Below, one piece after another: positions 6,885 to 14,426 of a stretch of 22,001 nucleotides of DNA. This DNA is from a virus. The first letter of the stretch is position 1. Every line of letters starts with the position of its first letter. Under the pieces are notes generated by a model that searched no databases, was not told the origin of the DNA, and worked only from the letters and a program-made list of their open reading frames with translations. The position numbers and the translations under genes are program-made. Location: IMG/VR virus record IMGVR_UViG_3300035152_000026, positions 1 to 22,001 of that record. One strand, 5' to 3'.

Positions 6885-7165
6885 AGCTTGCAAGATGGTA
6901 CGAGATCTGACCATTGGCCTGCTTGTTGACGGAGCTTGTTGAGCTTCTCGCAGTACCTGTCACGTGCCCTGTCCACGAGCGTATCAGCTCGAATCTCGAC
7001 ACGTCGTATCGCAGTCGATCGAGCTGCTTGTTCCACGTCTGCGCTGCCGTAGCGTGCAAAAGCCTCTTTGCGTGCTTTGGCACGAAGTCGTGCAGCCTTC
7101 GTCAGGGAGGATTTGTAGGCACGGCGTGCTCGGTGTACAGCGTCCAGTACCTCTTTGTCAGTCAT
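6881..7165 (-). CDS. basic, probably helical hypothetical protein (94 aa)
   Basis: ATGA overlap with the stop of the upstream gene at 7162-7165. Arg/Lys/Ala-rich. Confidence 0.45.
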   Translation of the reverse strand: MTDKEVLDAVHRARRAYKSSLTKAARLRAKARKEAFARYGSADVEQAARSTAIRRVEIRADTLVDRARDRYCEKLNKLRQQAGQWSDLVPSCKL

Positions 7166-7891
7166 CGTGATCCTCTTCGTATGTATCGTGGGCTCGCAAG
7201 AACCTTTCCTCTCAGGTGAGGCTGCAACTCATAGACGTGTTCTATACCTGACGAGGTGTGAAAAACGATCGGTGTACCGTCTGGATAATGCGACTTGTAC
7301 CAGCTGACGCTCCAATCGTTTGACATGAATTTGGCGTCTGCTCGCAGGTTGCCTTCCGATGGAAAACCACCGTACCAGAATTCACGAACGTTCTGCCAGC
7401 CACCTACAGCACGCGCGAACTCTGCGGGAGTAATATCTTCGGCGTGCTCAGTGATGTAATCGATGAGATCGAAGCCCGTCTCCTCGTAGGCTTGTTTAGT
7501 ATGTTCCGGCGGTGGCGACGGACAGTGCCAAGCGAAAGTGTATGCGCCGGGCGTCAACTTCTGTGAACCCGCGGCGTGCAGCCCGTTGTTGATCTTGCAT
7601 GCGCGACGACCCCAGTTGCGAAGCGACACGTCGATCTTCTCAGTGCAGCCGTGCTTCTTCCTCATGCCGTCCATACGCTTGTTGAACGCGACGACGCGCT
7701 TGGCGAACTTGCAGTCGGCTGCCGTCCACTTGCTCGTGGGCTTCGCTTTGAGCTTGGCGAGCTGCGGCAGCCGAGCGCGTGTCGAAGCGAAGCTCGCTTT
7801 CTTCGAGCGCGGATTCTTGTGCCACTTGCGGATTTCCGCCGGTGACATGTTGACGAGCTTTCGGAAGTCGGCGGCGTACGGACAGTGCATG
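7162..7891 (-). CDS. hypothetical protein (about 243 aa)
   Basis: Track ORF 7162..7989. The ATG at 7891 (MHCPYAADF...) is preferred because the conserved leader TTATCCACAGGTGT and three direct repeats lie immediately upstream. No family recognised. Confidence 0.45.
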
Positions 7892-7905
7892 ACTCTCAGT
7901 CTACA

Positions 7906-7936
7906 CCTGTGGATAAGCTGTGGACAAGTTGTGGGT
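7906..7936 (-). promoter_or_regulatory. three helically phased (11-bp spacing) DnaA-box-like direct repeats: TGTGGATAA, TGTGGACAA, TGTGGGTAA (plus-strand reading)
   Basis: Box 1 at 7906-7914 is a perfect reverse-complement TTATCCACA. Boxes 2 and 3 at 7917-7925 and 7928-7936 each carry one mismatch. All three are in the same orientation, 17 nt upstream of the 7891 ATG. Confidence 0.45.
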
Positions 7937-8075
7937 AAGTTCGCGTACTCGTAACCGTGCTGAATTGAGTTGACAGCCGTACCCGGCATGACTACTGTCG
8001 CGTATTGCTAATGGCAACGTGGGTTACCCAAGAACATCTTTGGCTTCTCCGTTGATGGTGAGCAGGACATAACGA

Positions 8076-8150
8076 GGCGCAGCGGGGCGGGGCGCGGCGG
8101 GGCGTGGCGGGGCGTGGCACGGCGAAGTAAGGCAAGGGCGCGTATGCGCA
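8076..8150 (+). repeat. GGCNN pentanucleotide tandem array (about 12 copies, 8076-8135) + conserved box GGGCGCGTATGCGCA (8136-8150): unit A
   Basis: Read directly from the sequence: ggcgc ggcgg ggcgt ggcgg ggcgt ggcac ggcga agtaa ggcaa | gggcgcgtatgcgca. The ATG of 8164 lies 13 nt downstream. Confidence 0.9.
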
Positions 8151-8163
8151 AAAGAGAGACGAA

Positions 8164-8652
8164 ATGGACACAATCGACAAACGAATACGGCACGACGCGA
8201 TCTTTCTCCGGCTTCGAGAGAACCTGTTGTTGAAGGTGAAGCGAGGCGATCTACTCACCTACGAAGAATGCGAGAAGCATCTCGATGGCGACAGCTTTGA
8301 GATTTACCGCCAGCGCGTCAAACGCCACTTTGCCCGTCAAGGAATCGACCTCATTCCCGTGCCAGGTATGGGCTATCGTCTCGCGACGCCGGAACAGCAG
8401 CTCCATGAAACCGGGCCGCTCCACATGCGCAAGGCCATTCGCCAAGGGTCGATGGCGCTGCGAAGCCACGTGACGACACCCGACACGGACTTGAGCACGA
8501 CTGACAAAGCACATCGACAACACGCTATCGAGCGACTGGCCGGAACGTTGGCGAGAGCGAAAGACGACGAGATTCAGCTGTCCCGGAAACTCAAACCAAC
8601 AAACGTGAAGGTTGACGTTCCTCGCTTGGGAAAGAAGCCGGACGAAATGTGA
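8164..8652 (+). CDS. hypothetical protein (162 aa)
   Basis: ATG ORF directly downstream of repeat unit A. Confidence 0.5.
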   Translation: MDTIDKRIRHDAIFLRLRENLLLKVKRGDLLTYEECEKHLDGDSFEIYRQRVKRHFARQGIDLIPVPGMGYRLATPEQQLHETGPLHMRKAIRQGSMALRSHVTTPDTDLSTTDKAHRQHAIERLAGTLARAKDDEIQLSRKLKPTNVKVDVPRLGKKPDEM

Positions 8653-8660
8653 GGAAGACT

Positions 8661-8953
8661 AGCGTGGCGGGGCCGGGCGCGGCATGGCGCGGCAAGGCGA
8701 GGCAGGGCAAGGCATGGCTAGGCAAGGCAAGGGCGCGTATGCGCACAACAGATTTGACAGGGCATGGCAAGCGCGGCGAGGCACGGCAGGGCCGGGCCTG
8801 GCGCGGCAGGGCGCGGCCAGGCTAGGTCTGGCACGGCGAGGTAAGGCAAGGGCGCGTATGCGCACAACAGACAGATTTAACAGAGCGTGGCAGGGCATGG
8901 CCAGGCCTGGCTAGGCAGGGCAGGGCACGGCAAGGCAAGGGCGCGTATGCGCA
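8661..8953 (+). repeat. three consecutive GGCNN-array + GGGCGCGTATGCGCA units (B1 8661-8745, B2 8761-8864, B3 8884-8953)
   Basis: B1 has 14 pentamers, B2 about 18 (with one 1-nt phase slip near 8770), B3 has 11. Each ends ...GG(C/T)AA GGCAA GGGCGCGTATGCGCACAACA. Only B3 is followed by a gene (AAGGAG Shine-Dalgarno site, then ATG 8970). Confidence 0.9.
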
Positions 8954-8969
8954 CAACAAGGAGCTAAAG

Positions 8970-9632
8970 ATGGCGAAGAAGGCGAAGAATCAAGTACCGA
9001 CGAGATCAGTTCTCTACAAAGTAACGATTCATGGCGTTACTCCGCTACTCATGCATCGAGATGCATTCGACGAAGTCGAGGTGCTGAGTGGAGGTAAAAA
9101 AGGTGACGATCGCACACCGTCCGACCGATGGAAGCAGTACCTGTACCTGGAGAACGGTCGAGTGGTCATGCCTGAAGCCAACATCAAAGCGGCGCTCGAA
9201 AAAGCCGGTGCCGCGATCTCGATCGGTGGCAAGCTCACACTCAAGCGACCGATTGTGGCAGGCTGTTTTTTCGATACGCCGTTTTTGCCGCTGCTCGTCG
9301 AAGACGAAGAGGTCACGATCGATACAATCGACGCGATCACCGGAGACTTCGAGCAACAGTGCGTCGGTGCAAGAGAAGCCGGCTTCTCTCTCGACATACA
9401 CCGGGTGAAGATCGGCGCGTCTCGTCATATTCGGGTGCGTCCCCGCTTCGACGTATGGACGTGTGTGGGCACGTGCGAAGTGATGATCCCAGAGGAGATC
9501 ACGTTTGATCGTCTCGCAGAGTGTTTCCGAATCGCAGGCAACAGCGCGGGGCTGTGTGACTGGCGGCCAGCGAGTCCGAAACGTGCCGGCAGCTTCGGCC
9601 GTTTCGAGTCTCGTGTTGAGCTGCTTAGCTAG
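8970..9632 (+). CDS. hypothetical protein (220 aa)
   Basis: ATG with an AAGGAG Shine-Dalgarno site 7 nt upstream, immediately after unit B3. No family recognised. Confidence 0.55.
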   Translation: MAKKAKNQVPTRSVLYKVTIHGVTPLLMHRDAFDEVEVLSGGKKGDDRTPSDRWKQYLYLENGRVVMPEANIKAALEKAGAAISIGGKLTLKRPIVAGCFFDTPFLPLLVEDEEVTIDTIDAITGDFEQQCVGAREAGFSLDIHRVKIGASRHIRVRPRFDVWTCVGTCEVMIPEEITFDRLAECFRIAGNSAGLCDWRPASPKRAGSFGRFESRVELLS

Positions 9633-9634
9633 AC

Positions 9635-9880
9635 GGTGTGGCGCGGCGGGGCACGGCAAGGCCGGGCCGGGCGCGGCATGGTACGGCCGGGCTAGGCGGG
9701 GCTAGGCTAGGCGGGGCGAGGCAAGGCAAGGGCGCGTATGCGCACAACACAACAGGTTCAACGAAGCGAAAGCAGGGCACGGCGTGACGTGGTGTGGCAT
9801 GGCCTGGCCCGGCGAGGCGCGGCGAGGCGCGGCGCGGCGGGGTCGGGCACGGCAAGGCAAGGCAAGGGCGCGTATGCGCA
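9635..9880 (+). repeat. two consecutive GGCNN-array + box units (C1 9635-9744, C2 9776-9880)
   Basis: C1 has 19 pentamers and starts 3 nt after the stop of 8970..9632. C2 has 18 pentamers. Both end GGCAAGGCAAGGGCGCGTATGCGCA. Confidence 0.9.
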
Positions 9881-9899
9881 ATAGAATTGAGTTGACCTA

Positions 9900-10049
9900 A
9901 TGGCGGCACGCACAGAATTGAAGATCGTTACGCTGCGCTTACGCAGTGCAGACATTCGCAAGGCCAAAGCCATCGCCAAACGAGACGGCTTGCCTTATCA
10001 AGTGCTCATCCGACAGTGGGTCGCTGAGAAAGTACGCGAGGAGCGGTAG
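9900..10049 (+). CDS. small ribbon-helix-helix (CopG/BrnA-antitoxin-like) DNA-binding protein, 49 aa. Not in the ORF track (<60 aa).
   Basis: Translation: MAARTELKIVTLRLRSADIRKAKAIAKRDGLPYQVLIRQWVAEKVREER. The beta-strand IVTLRL plus two helices, and a C-terminal GLPYQ.LI...V motif, are typical of RHH antitoxins. The ATG lies 19 nt after box C2. Confidence 0.45.
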   Translation: MAARTELKIVTLRLRSADIRKAKAIAKRDGLPYQVLIRQWVAEKVREER

Positions 10050-10128
10050 ATGATATTAGGCCTGTCGGGTTCCGAGGCATTGAGCCACGCCACGACCAAG
10101 AAAGCCACCGCTGTGTTACATTGAAGAC

Positions 10129-11187
10129 ATGCGCACAGGGTTAGCTCTCGGAATAGGCACTCTCGGTACGGCTGTCGCCGCGTTTGTCTGGGGTTATACG
10201 CGGCGGCGACGTAACCGGCTTGGCATGGTCGCGCCAGCATCGAGAACTTCGTCATACCCCATCAATCCGTGGACCGCTGAGGCAGACAAGAAGCGGCTAG
10301 CGCGGGCCTTCATGGACGTTCGCACGAAGCAGGTGCGCGACATCGTACCGCGTGGGCTACCACTGCCTGAACACGTCAAACCCTTCGCTGAGTACATGAC
10401 GCGTCGTGCTGGGAAGCCTGTCACGAACCGTGACATTGTGAAGGCCTATCTCATGACGATGGGGAGCATTCAACGCAGCGAGGTTAGTGCCGCAGCATTA
10501 CGTCCCGGATGGCCTACGCCGGAGGGACCCAAGAACGGGATGGTGCGGCCTGAGGATGCCGTGGGTCAACTCCTGTTTACACCAGCTGGTCAAGCCTATC
10601 TCAACGCGGCAGAACGCGGTCAGTACGACGAACGTGCTGCGGCGGCGCTCGCACGAGCGTTCCGTCGATACGGCCTAGCGAACCAATTCGAGAGCGCACT
10701 GCGGAACGCACCTGCTATTGCACGTCAAGGCAGTACGTTGCGCAAGAACCTTCGTCGGAACCGCAAAGACTGGTATCGGTTCGTCGATGATAGCTTGCCG
10801 GGTATCAGCTACTCGAAGGCGGGGTTCATCGCAGCGTTGCTCGGCCGTGGCGACATGGCTACGGCGGACAAACGTCAAATCAACTTCTGGACATGTCCTC
10901 CAGGGCAGTGGAACAAGGACAAGAGGGAGTGCGCATTCCCAGCGCTGTGGAAACGGCGCCGAAGTGGACAGCTAGTCCCAGGGCAATTCGAGGACGTAAA
11001 GAGCTTGATCGATCCGGTCTATCTCGAACGGCTGAATCAGCGTATGCGAGCACTCAAGGTGGACATGCCTGAACGCTACAAACCGTTCTACACACACCTG
11101 GCGCACCACACGTTCTGGGATGCCATCGACCGAACGAAGACGACGCACGCGGACGTCATCCGTGCGATGGAGTTGGCCGGCAGCTAG
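10129..11187 (+). CDS. hypothetical protein with N-terminal TM/signal-anchor (352 aa)
   Basis: ATG ORF. N-terminal hydrophobic LALGIGTLGTAVAAFVWGY followed by RRRRNR. No family recognised. Confidence 0.5.
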   Translation: MRTGLALGIGTLGTAVAAFVWGYTRRRRNRLGMVAPASRTSSYPINPWTAEADKKRLARAFMDVRTKQVRDIVPRGLPLPEHVKPFAEYMTRRAGKPVTNRDIVKAYLMTMGSIQRSEVSAAALRPGWPTPEGPKNGMVRPEDAVGQLLFTPAGQAYLNAAERGQYDERAAAALARAFRRYGLANQFESALRNAPAIARQGSTLRKNLRRNRKDWYRFVDDSLPGISYSKAGFIAALLGRGDMATADKRQINFWTCPPGQWNKDKRECAFPALWKRRRSGQLVPGQFEDVKSLIDPVYLERLNQRMRALKVDMPERYKPFYTHLAHHTFWDAIDRTKTTHADVIRAMELAGS

Positions 11188-11733
11188 TCCTTCTCCGCTG
11201 CACACATCGCGTGTTGGCTCCAGTAGACGATAGACCGAGCGAAGTCTTCTGCTGTGTACTCGGCCTTGCTGCCACCAGGCAGCCCGAGGAAGTTGCGTGC
11301 CATCGCCATCGGCGAAAGCGGCTCCGGCTCCTCGTCGAGCCGTGCATTGATCGAGATGATCTCCCACGGCGCGTCCGTGCTGGCGTCGCCATCGGCAGCT
11401 AGAACGTCATGGCTGTAGATCACCACGTCCACAGCCCTCGCAGGCTGCTTCGCAGTAGCTGAAGCACGGACCTCGACGAAGGGTGCCTCGTCCTCACACC
11501 GGGCCGCATAGACGGCCTGGAGCGGCGTCTTAGGCGTCAGAGCGACCACGCCCGCGTAGAAGCCCTCAGCGGGCACAGGGACGAGCTGCACGCCCGGCAT
11601 GTAGCCCTCGCGGGCCTCGGCGAGATGTGCCTCCACAAGCGCTGCAAGCGCCTCCCAAGAGCCCTCGAAGTGGCTGAACTGGCTGGCGGCAGTCTGACGG
11701 GTGACGAACGGGTTGACTGCGATTTGCGACATT
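11184..11733 (-). CDS. hypothetical protein (about 183 aa)
   Basis: Track ORF 11184..11798. I prefer the start at MSQIAVNPF. Its stop overlaps the stop of the convergent 10129..11187 gene by 4 nt. Confidence 0.45.
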
Positions 11734-11866
11734 TCGTGTTCTCTCTGGTGGCTAAGAGGAGGACGGGGCTGACAGCCTGGATCTGACACCTGCTGCAAAA
11801 AAAAAAATCTCTCGATGGCTTCGTGGACTAACGCGTGCTGTCATACCCGTCTGGTAGGGTCCACGG

Positions 11867-12148
11867 ATGCGGCTCGTCAGCTATTTGATCGGAGCGGGCA
11901 TCGTTGCGTTGGCCATCGTCATTGAGGGCTTGGTGCTTTCCTGCCTATGGGACTGGTTCATGATGCCTCTCGGCCTCCCTGCGATATCCGTAGCACACGC
12001 TGTCGGGATCGCAGCACTGAGCGGCGTACTCACGTCGCAGTACATTCCGAAGGCGCAAGAAGATGACGCGGGAAAACGCCTTCTCTACTGCTTCGGTAGT
12101 CCTCTGATGCTGTTCGTTGTTGGGTGGTTCGCGAAGCTTTGTATGTGA
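11867..12148 (+). CDS. small integral membrane protein (93 aa, about 3 TM helices)
   Basis: Strongly hydrophobic ORF. Confidence 0.5.
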   Translation: MRLVSYLIGAGIVALAIVIEGLVLSCLWDWFMMPLGLPAISVAHAVGIAALSGVLTSQYIPKAQEDDAGKRLLYCFGSPLMLFVVGWFAKLCM

Positions 12149-12158
12149 GTGGGCTAGC

Positions 12159-12818
12159 GTGAAGATCACCACGAGGAAGACACTAAAGCCAGGATGGGTC
12201 CGCGTTCGCGGTGGCCGTATTCTTCGTGTTGCGAAGGCACACGCAGTAAAAACCAACACGCGATCATCGCTACAGCCGGGACTACACCCGTCAGAGGGGC
12301 AGGACTGGGTCTACGCAAACGAGGGAGATCTAGCGATTGAGATCGTGCGTCGCGGGGGCACTTCTGACGTCGTCGGCTACTCCTACCTGTCAGGGCCTGC
12401 AATTCAGTTGCACAGATACATGCCGTGCGACGTGGACTGGTTCGGTGAGGAAGTGAAAGCCACATACTTGGACGTTCCTCATCCTCACGGCGCGTTTGGG
12501 CAGGAGTTCATCGAGCAAGTCGTCGGGCTGTTTATGGGCTTCAAGTACAACGAGGAGTACGGCGTCGGTGCCTTTGACTACAAGTGCGATGCAGGCGAGG
12601 ACACCCAGGACGTAGCCAACGGGCTCATCACTATGTACGGTTATGAGCACCCAAAGTGGACTGCTCCCCGTACACATTTGTTCGGGCTCATACGACCATA
12701 CAGAGGGAAGAAGAACGTTGTCGTGTTGCACTGCCAGCCACCGCACGACGCGTCAGACTTCTGCGCAGCCGGATTCCAGGTCGAACTGGTTGTCGGGGCT
12801 CTCCGTGCGAATCGTTGA
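12159..12818 (+). CDS. hypothetical protein (about 220 aa)
   Basis: Track ORF 12117..12818. The start is uncertain: GTG at 12159 or ATG at 12117, the latter overlapping the previous gene. Confidence 0.4.
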   Translation: MKITTRKTLKPGWVRVRGGRILRVAKAHAVKTNTRSSLQPGLHPSEGQDWVYANEGDLAIEIVRRGGTSDVVGYSYLSGPAIQLHRYMPCDVDWFGEEVKATYLDVPHPHGAFGQEFIEQVVGLFMGFKYNEEYGVGAFDYKCDAGEDTQDVANGLITMYGYEHPKWTAPRTHLFGLIRPYRGKKNVVVLHCQPPHDASDFCAAGFQVELVVGALRANR

Positions 12819-12987
12819 TGCAAAATGGACGACCTCGGGCAACGTGCTGATTGTCGAGTGCCCTTGCGGAAACCGCTTTGAGCATCGCACTGACCGTTGG
12901 CAAGTGTTTTGCCTGCGATGCCGTGCGCAAGCGTCCATCACACGGCTACGTGACGATTATCAGCGCCAAAATGAAAACGTTCGATGA
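12805..12987 (+). CDS. putative small zinc-ribbon protein (about 60 aa)
   Basis: In-frame CPCG...(24 aa)...CLRC pattern. GTG start at 12805 overlaps the upstream stop. Its stop forms an ATGA junction with the next ORF at 12984-12987. Confidence 0.3.
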   Translation: MRIVDAKWTTSGNVLIVECPCGNRFEHRTDRWQVFCLRCRAQASITRLRDDYQRQNENVR

Positions 12988-13226
12988 TAGAGTTGGTAGG
13001 TATGGACGATATGGATCATCGCGTACCAGTAAAGATCATTGTTCGGAGTACCGATCCCAACGTCACGTTGCTTTGCTCAGAGGCCCTGCGTGTGGGCAGA
13101 CCACCTGGGATGTACCTCACGCAACGTACGCAACTGGAAGGCGCAGAGCGTTGCTGGGAAGCTGAGATTGACGTCGGTGAGCTGCTCCGCGACTCTCCCT
13201 GGCTACGCGCCGTACTTAATCAATGA
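12984..13226 (+). CDS. hypothetical protein (80 aa)
   Basis: ATGA overlaps at both ends (12984-12987 and 13223-13226). Confidence 0.45.
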   Translation: MIELVGMDDMDHRVPVKIIVRSTDPNVTLLCSEALRVGRPPGMYLTQRTQLEGAERCWEAEIDVGELLRDSPWLRAVLNQ

Positions 13227-13792
13227 TCTGGGTCAACACTGAACGTCCGGGGTACTTCGGGCGCCACCGCGATCAACGCATCGCACAGTACAACGCTCGT
13301 TACGGGTTCGGTAACTGGCGCATCACACACGTCGTCGCTGACGTGACCTACGATTTTCTGGAAGCGTGTCAGCTCTTCTATGAGGAGAGCTACTACTGCT
13401 ACCTGGCGAACCGCCCCGAAGACGTAGACTTCATTTGCCAGTTCGGTGAGTGCATCGACAATGCGCCATCGAACATTCAATCTGGCTGCGACTACGAGCA
13501 CCAGGAAGCATACTCAACGCACATTCAGGACATTGCGGTGCGCAACGTACTCAAACGTCTTGGGCGTTGGTTCACCGCTGAACGCGAGGAGATCCTGGTC
13601 ATTCGCTCGTCCAATACGAACGGCTACCGTTTCAGTCCCGGGAATATCCCCTTTTACGACCCTGCGTTGATTACGCAACCCGAGATCCGTCCGCGATGGG
13701 CTGGTGTGAACTCGACCGAGGCCTTCTGGCAAAGCAACAAAGTATTACAGGTGAAAAAGGAGATCCTTGATGCCCGCACCGAAGCTCGGTGA
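13223..13792 (+). CDS. hypothetical protein (189 aa)
   Basis: ATG ORF coupled to its neighbours. No family recognised. Confidence 0.5.
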   Translation: MIWVNTERPGYFGRHRDQRIAQYNARYGFGNWRITHVVADVTYDFLEACQLFYEESYYCYLANRPEDVDFICQFGECIDNAPSNIQSGCDYEHQEAYSTHIQDIAVRNVLKRLGRWFTAEREEILVIRSSNTNGYRFSPGNIPFYDPALITQPEIRPRWAGVNSTEAFWQSNKVLQVKKEILDARTEAR

Positions 13793-14012
13793 CATTGTTC
13801 TCTACGAGCCCCCTGAGGATTCCACAGTCAAAGGTACGATCGTCGGTGTTGTCGTGAAGGTCGAGGACTTCAAAGACATCGACAAGGAAGATGGCTGCAA
13901 GATCGCGCTGTGGTGCTTCCCGCACGAGAAGGACATGCCGTCAGGGTGGGCGACGCCAGAGGGTTACTCGAAGAAGGCCAAGCCCGACCATTGGCGTTGG
14001 CCAGCGGTGTAG
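13770..14012 (+). CDS. small hypothetical protein (80 aa)
   Basis: ATG at 13770 with AAGGAG 8 nt upstream (track start 13767 is TTG). Confidence 0.5.
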   Translation: MPAPKLGDIVLYEPPEDSTVKGTIVGVVVKVEDFKDIDKEDGCKIALWCFPHEKDMPSGWATPEGYSKKAKPDHWRWPAV

Positions 14013-14067
14013 CTACCCGAGGGATAGGGCTCCGTGGTAGGCTGGTGTTCCTACCAAGGAGGATTTC

Positions 14068-14193
14068 GATGGCCAGAAAGCGCAAAACCCGCAAAGCCCG
14101 TAGTAGATGCACCACGGTCGTATTCAAACGCGAGAAGCGTGGTGGGAAGCTGCTACCGAAGTCAGAGTGGAAACACGTTCGCTTCTGCCGCTA
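14068..14193 (+). CDS. very small, highly basic protein (41 aa, MARKRKTRKARSR...)
   Basis: Strong Shine-Dalgarno site CAAGGAGG 7 nt upstream of the ATG. Preceded by inverted repeat GGTAGG-N8-CCTACC (14037-14056). Confidence 0.4.
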
Positions 14194-14198
14194 GTACA

Positions 14199-14414
14199 TT
14201 ACCGACAGCCGCGTCCCTTGAAGAAGCAGCCCGGACCGGACAGGCCGCGCTTCCGTTTGCACTTGACGATCCACTCGGCGAACCGCCTGTCATCAAAACG
14301 GGGATTCTCACTGCGGAAGTAGCTTCCGAACGCGTTGATCATGCTTGGCTTGGCGTTCTCTTCGCAGAGAATGTCAGCGATAGCCTGGAAGTGCTTTTTC
14401 GTGAGTGCTGCCAT
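14199..14414 (-). CDS. hypothetical protein (71 aa)
   Basis: ORF with plausible composition, in tandem with 14427..14648. Confidence 0.4.
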   Translation of the reverse strand: MAALTKKHFQAIADILCEENAKPSMINAFGSYFRSENPRFDDRRFAEWIVKCKRKRGLSGPGCFFKGRGCR

Positions 14415-14426
14415 GGCCCTACCCTA

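Noticed and set aside
7906-7936. Chromosomal oriC
   Set aside because: Only three clustered boxes plus one isolated copy. No adjacent AT-rich unwinding element recognised, and both copies sit at fixed distance from gene starts, which favours a promoter or operator role. An origin function for a mobile element cannot be excluded.
8076-9880. CRISPR array
   Set aside because: The repeat unit is 5 nt with no unique spacers of 25-40 nt, and no leader/repeat/spacer organisation.
7992-9909. ORF-track proteins with PRRA/ARQG/MARQG repeats (7992..8258 -, 8008..8193 -, 8659..8898 -, 8684..8914 +, 9625..9909 -, 9505..9705 +, 9758..9979 -)
   Set aside because: They are read-through of the GGCNN pentanucleotide arrays. 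The 5-nt period is out of phase with codons, giving frame-rotating low-complexity peptides. No starts, SDs or coupling.
12851-13165. Plus ORF 12851..13165 (104 aa) and 13039..13242
   Set aside because: Alternative frames of the ATGA-coupled 12984..13226 gene. The coupled frame is preferred.
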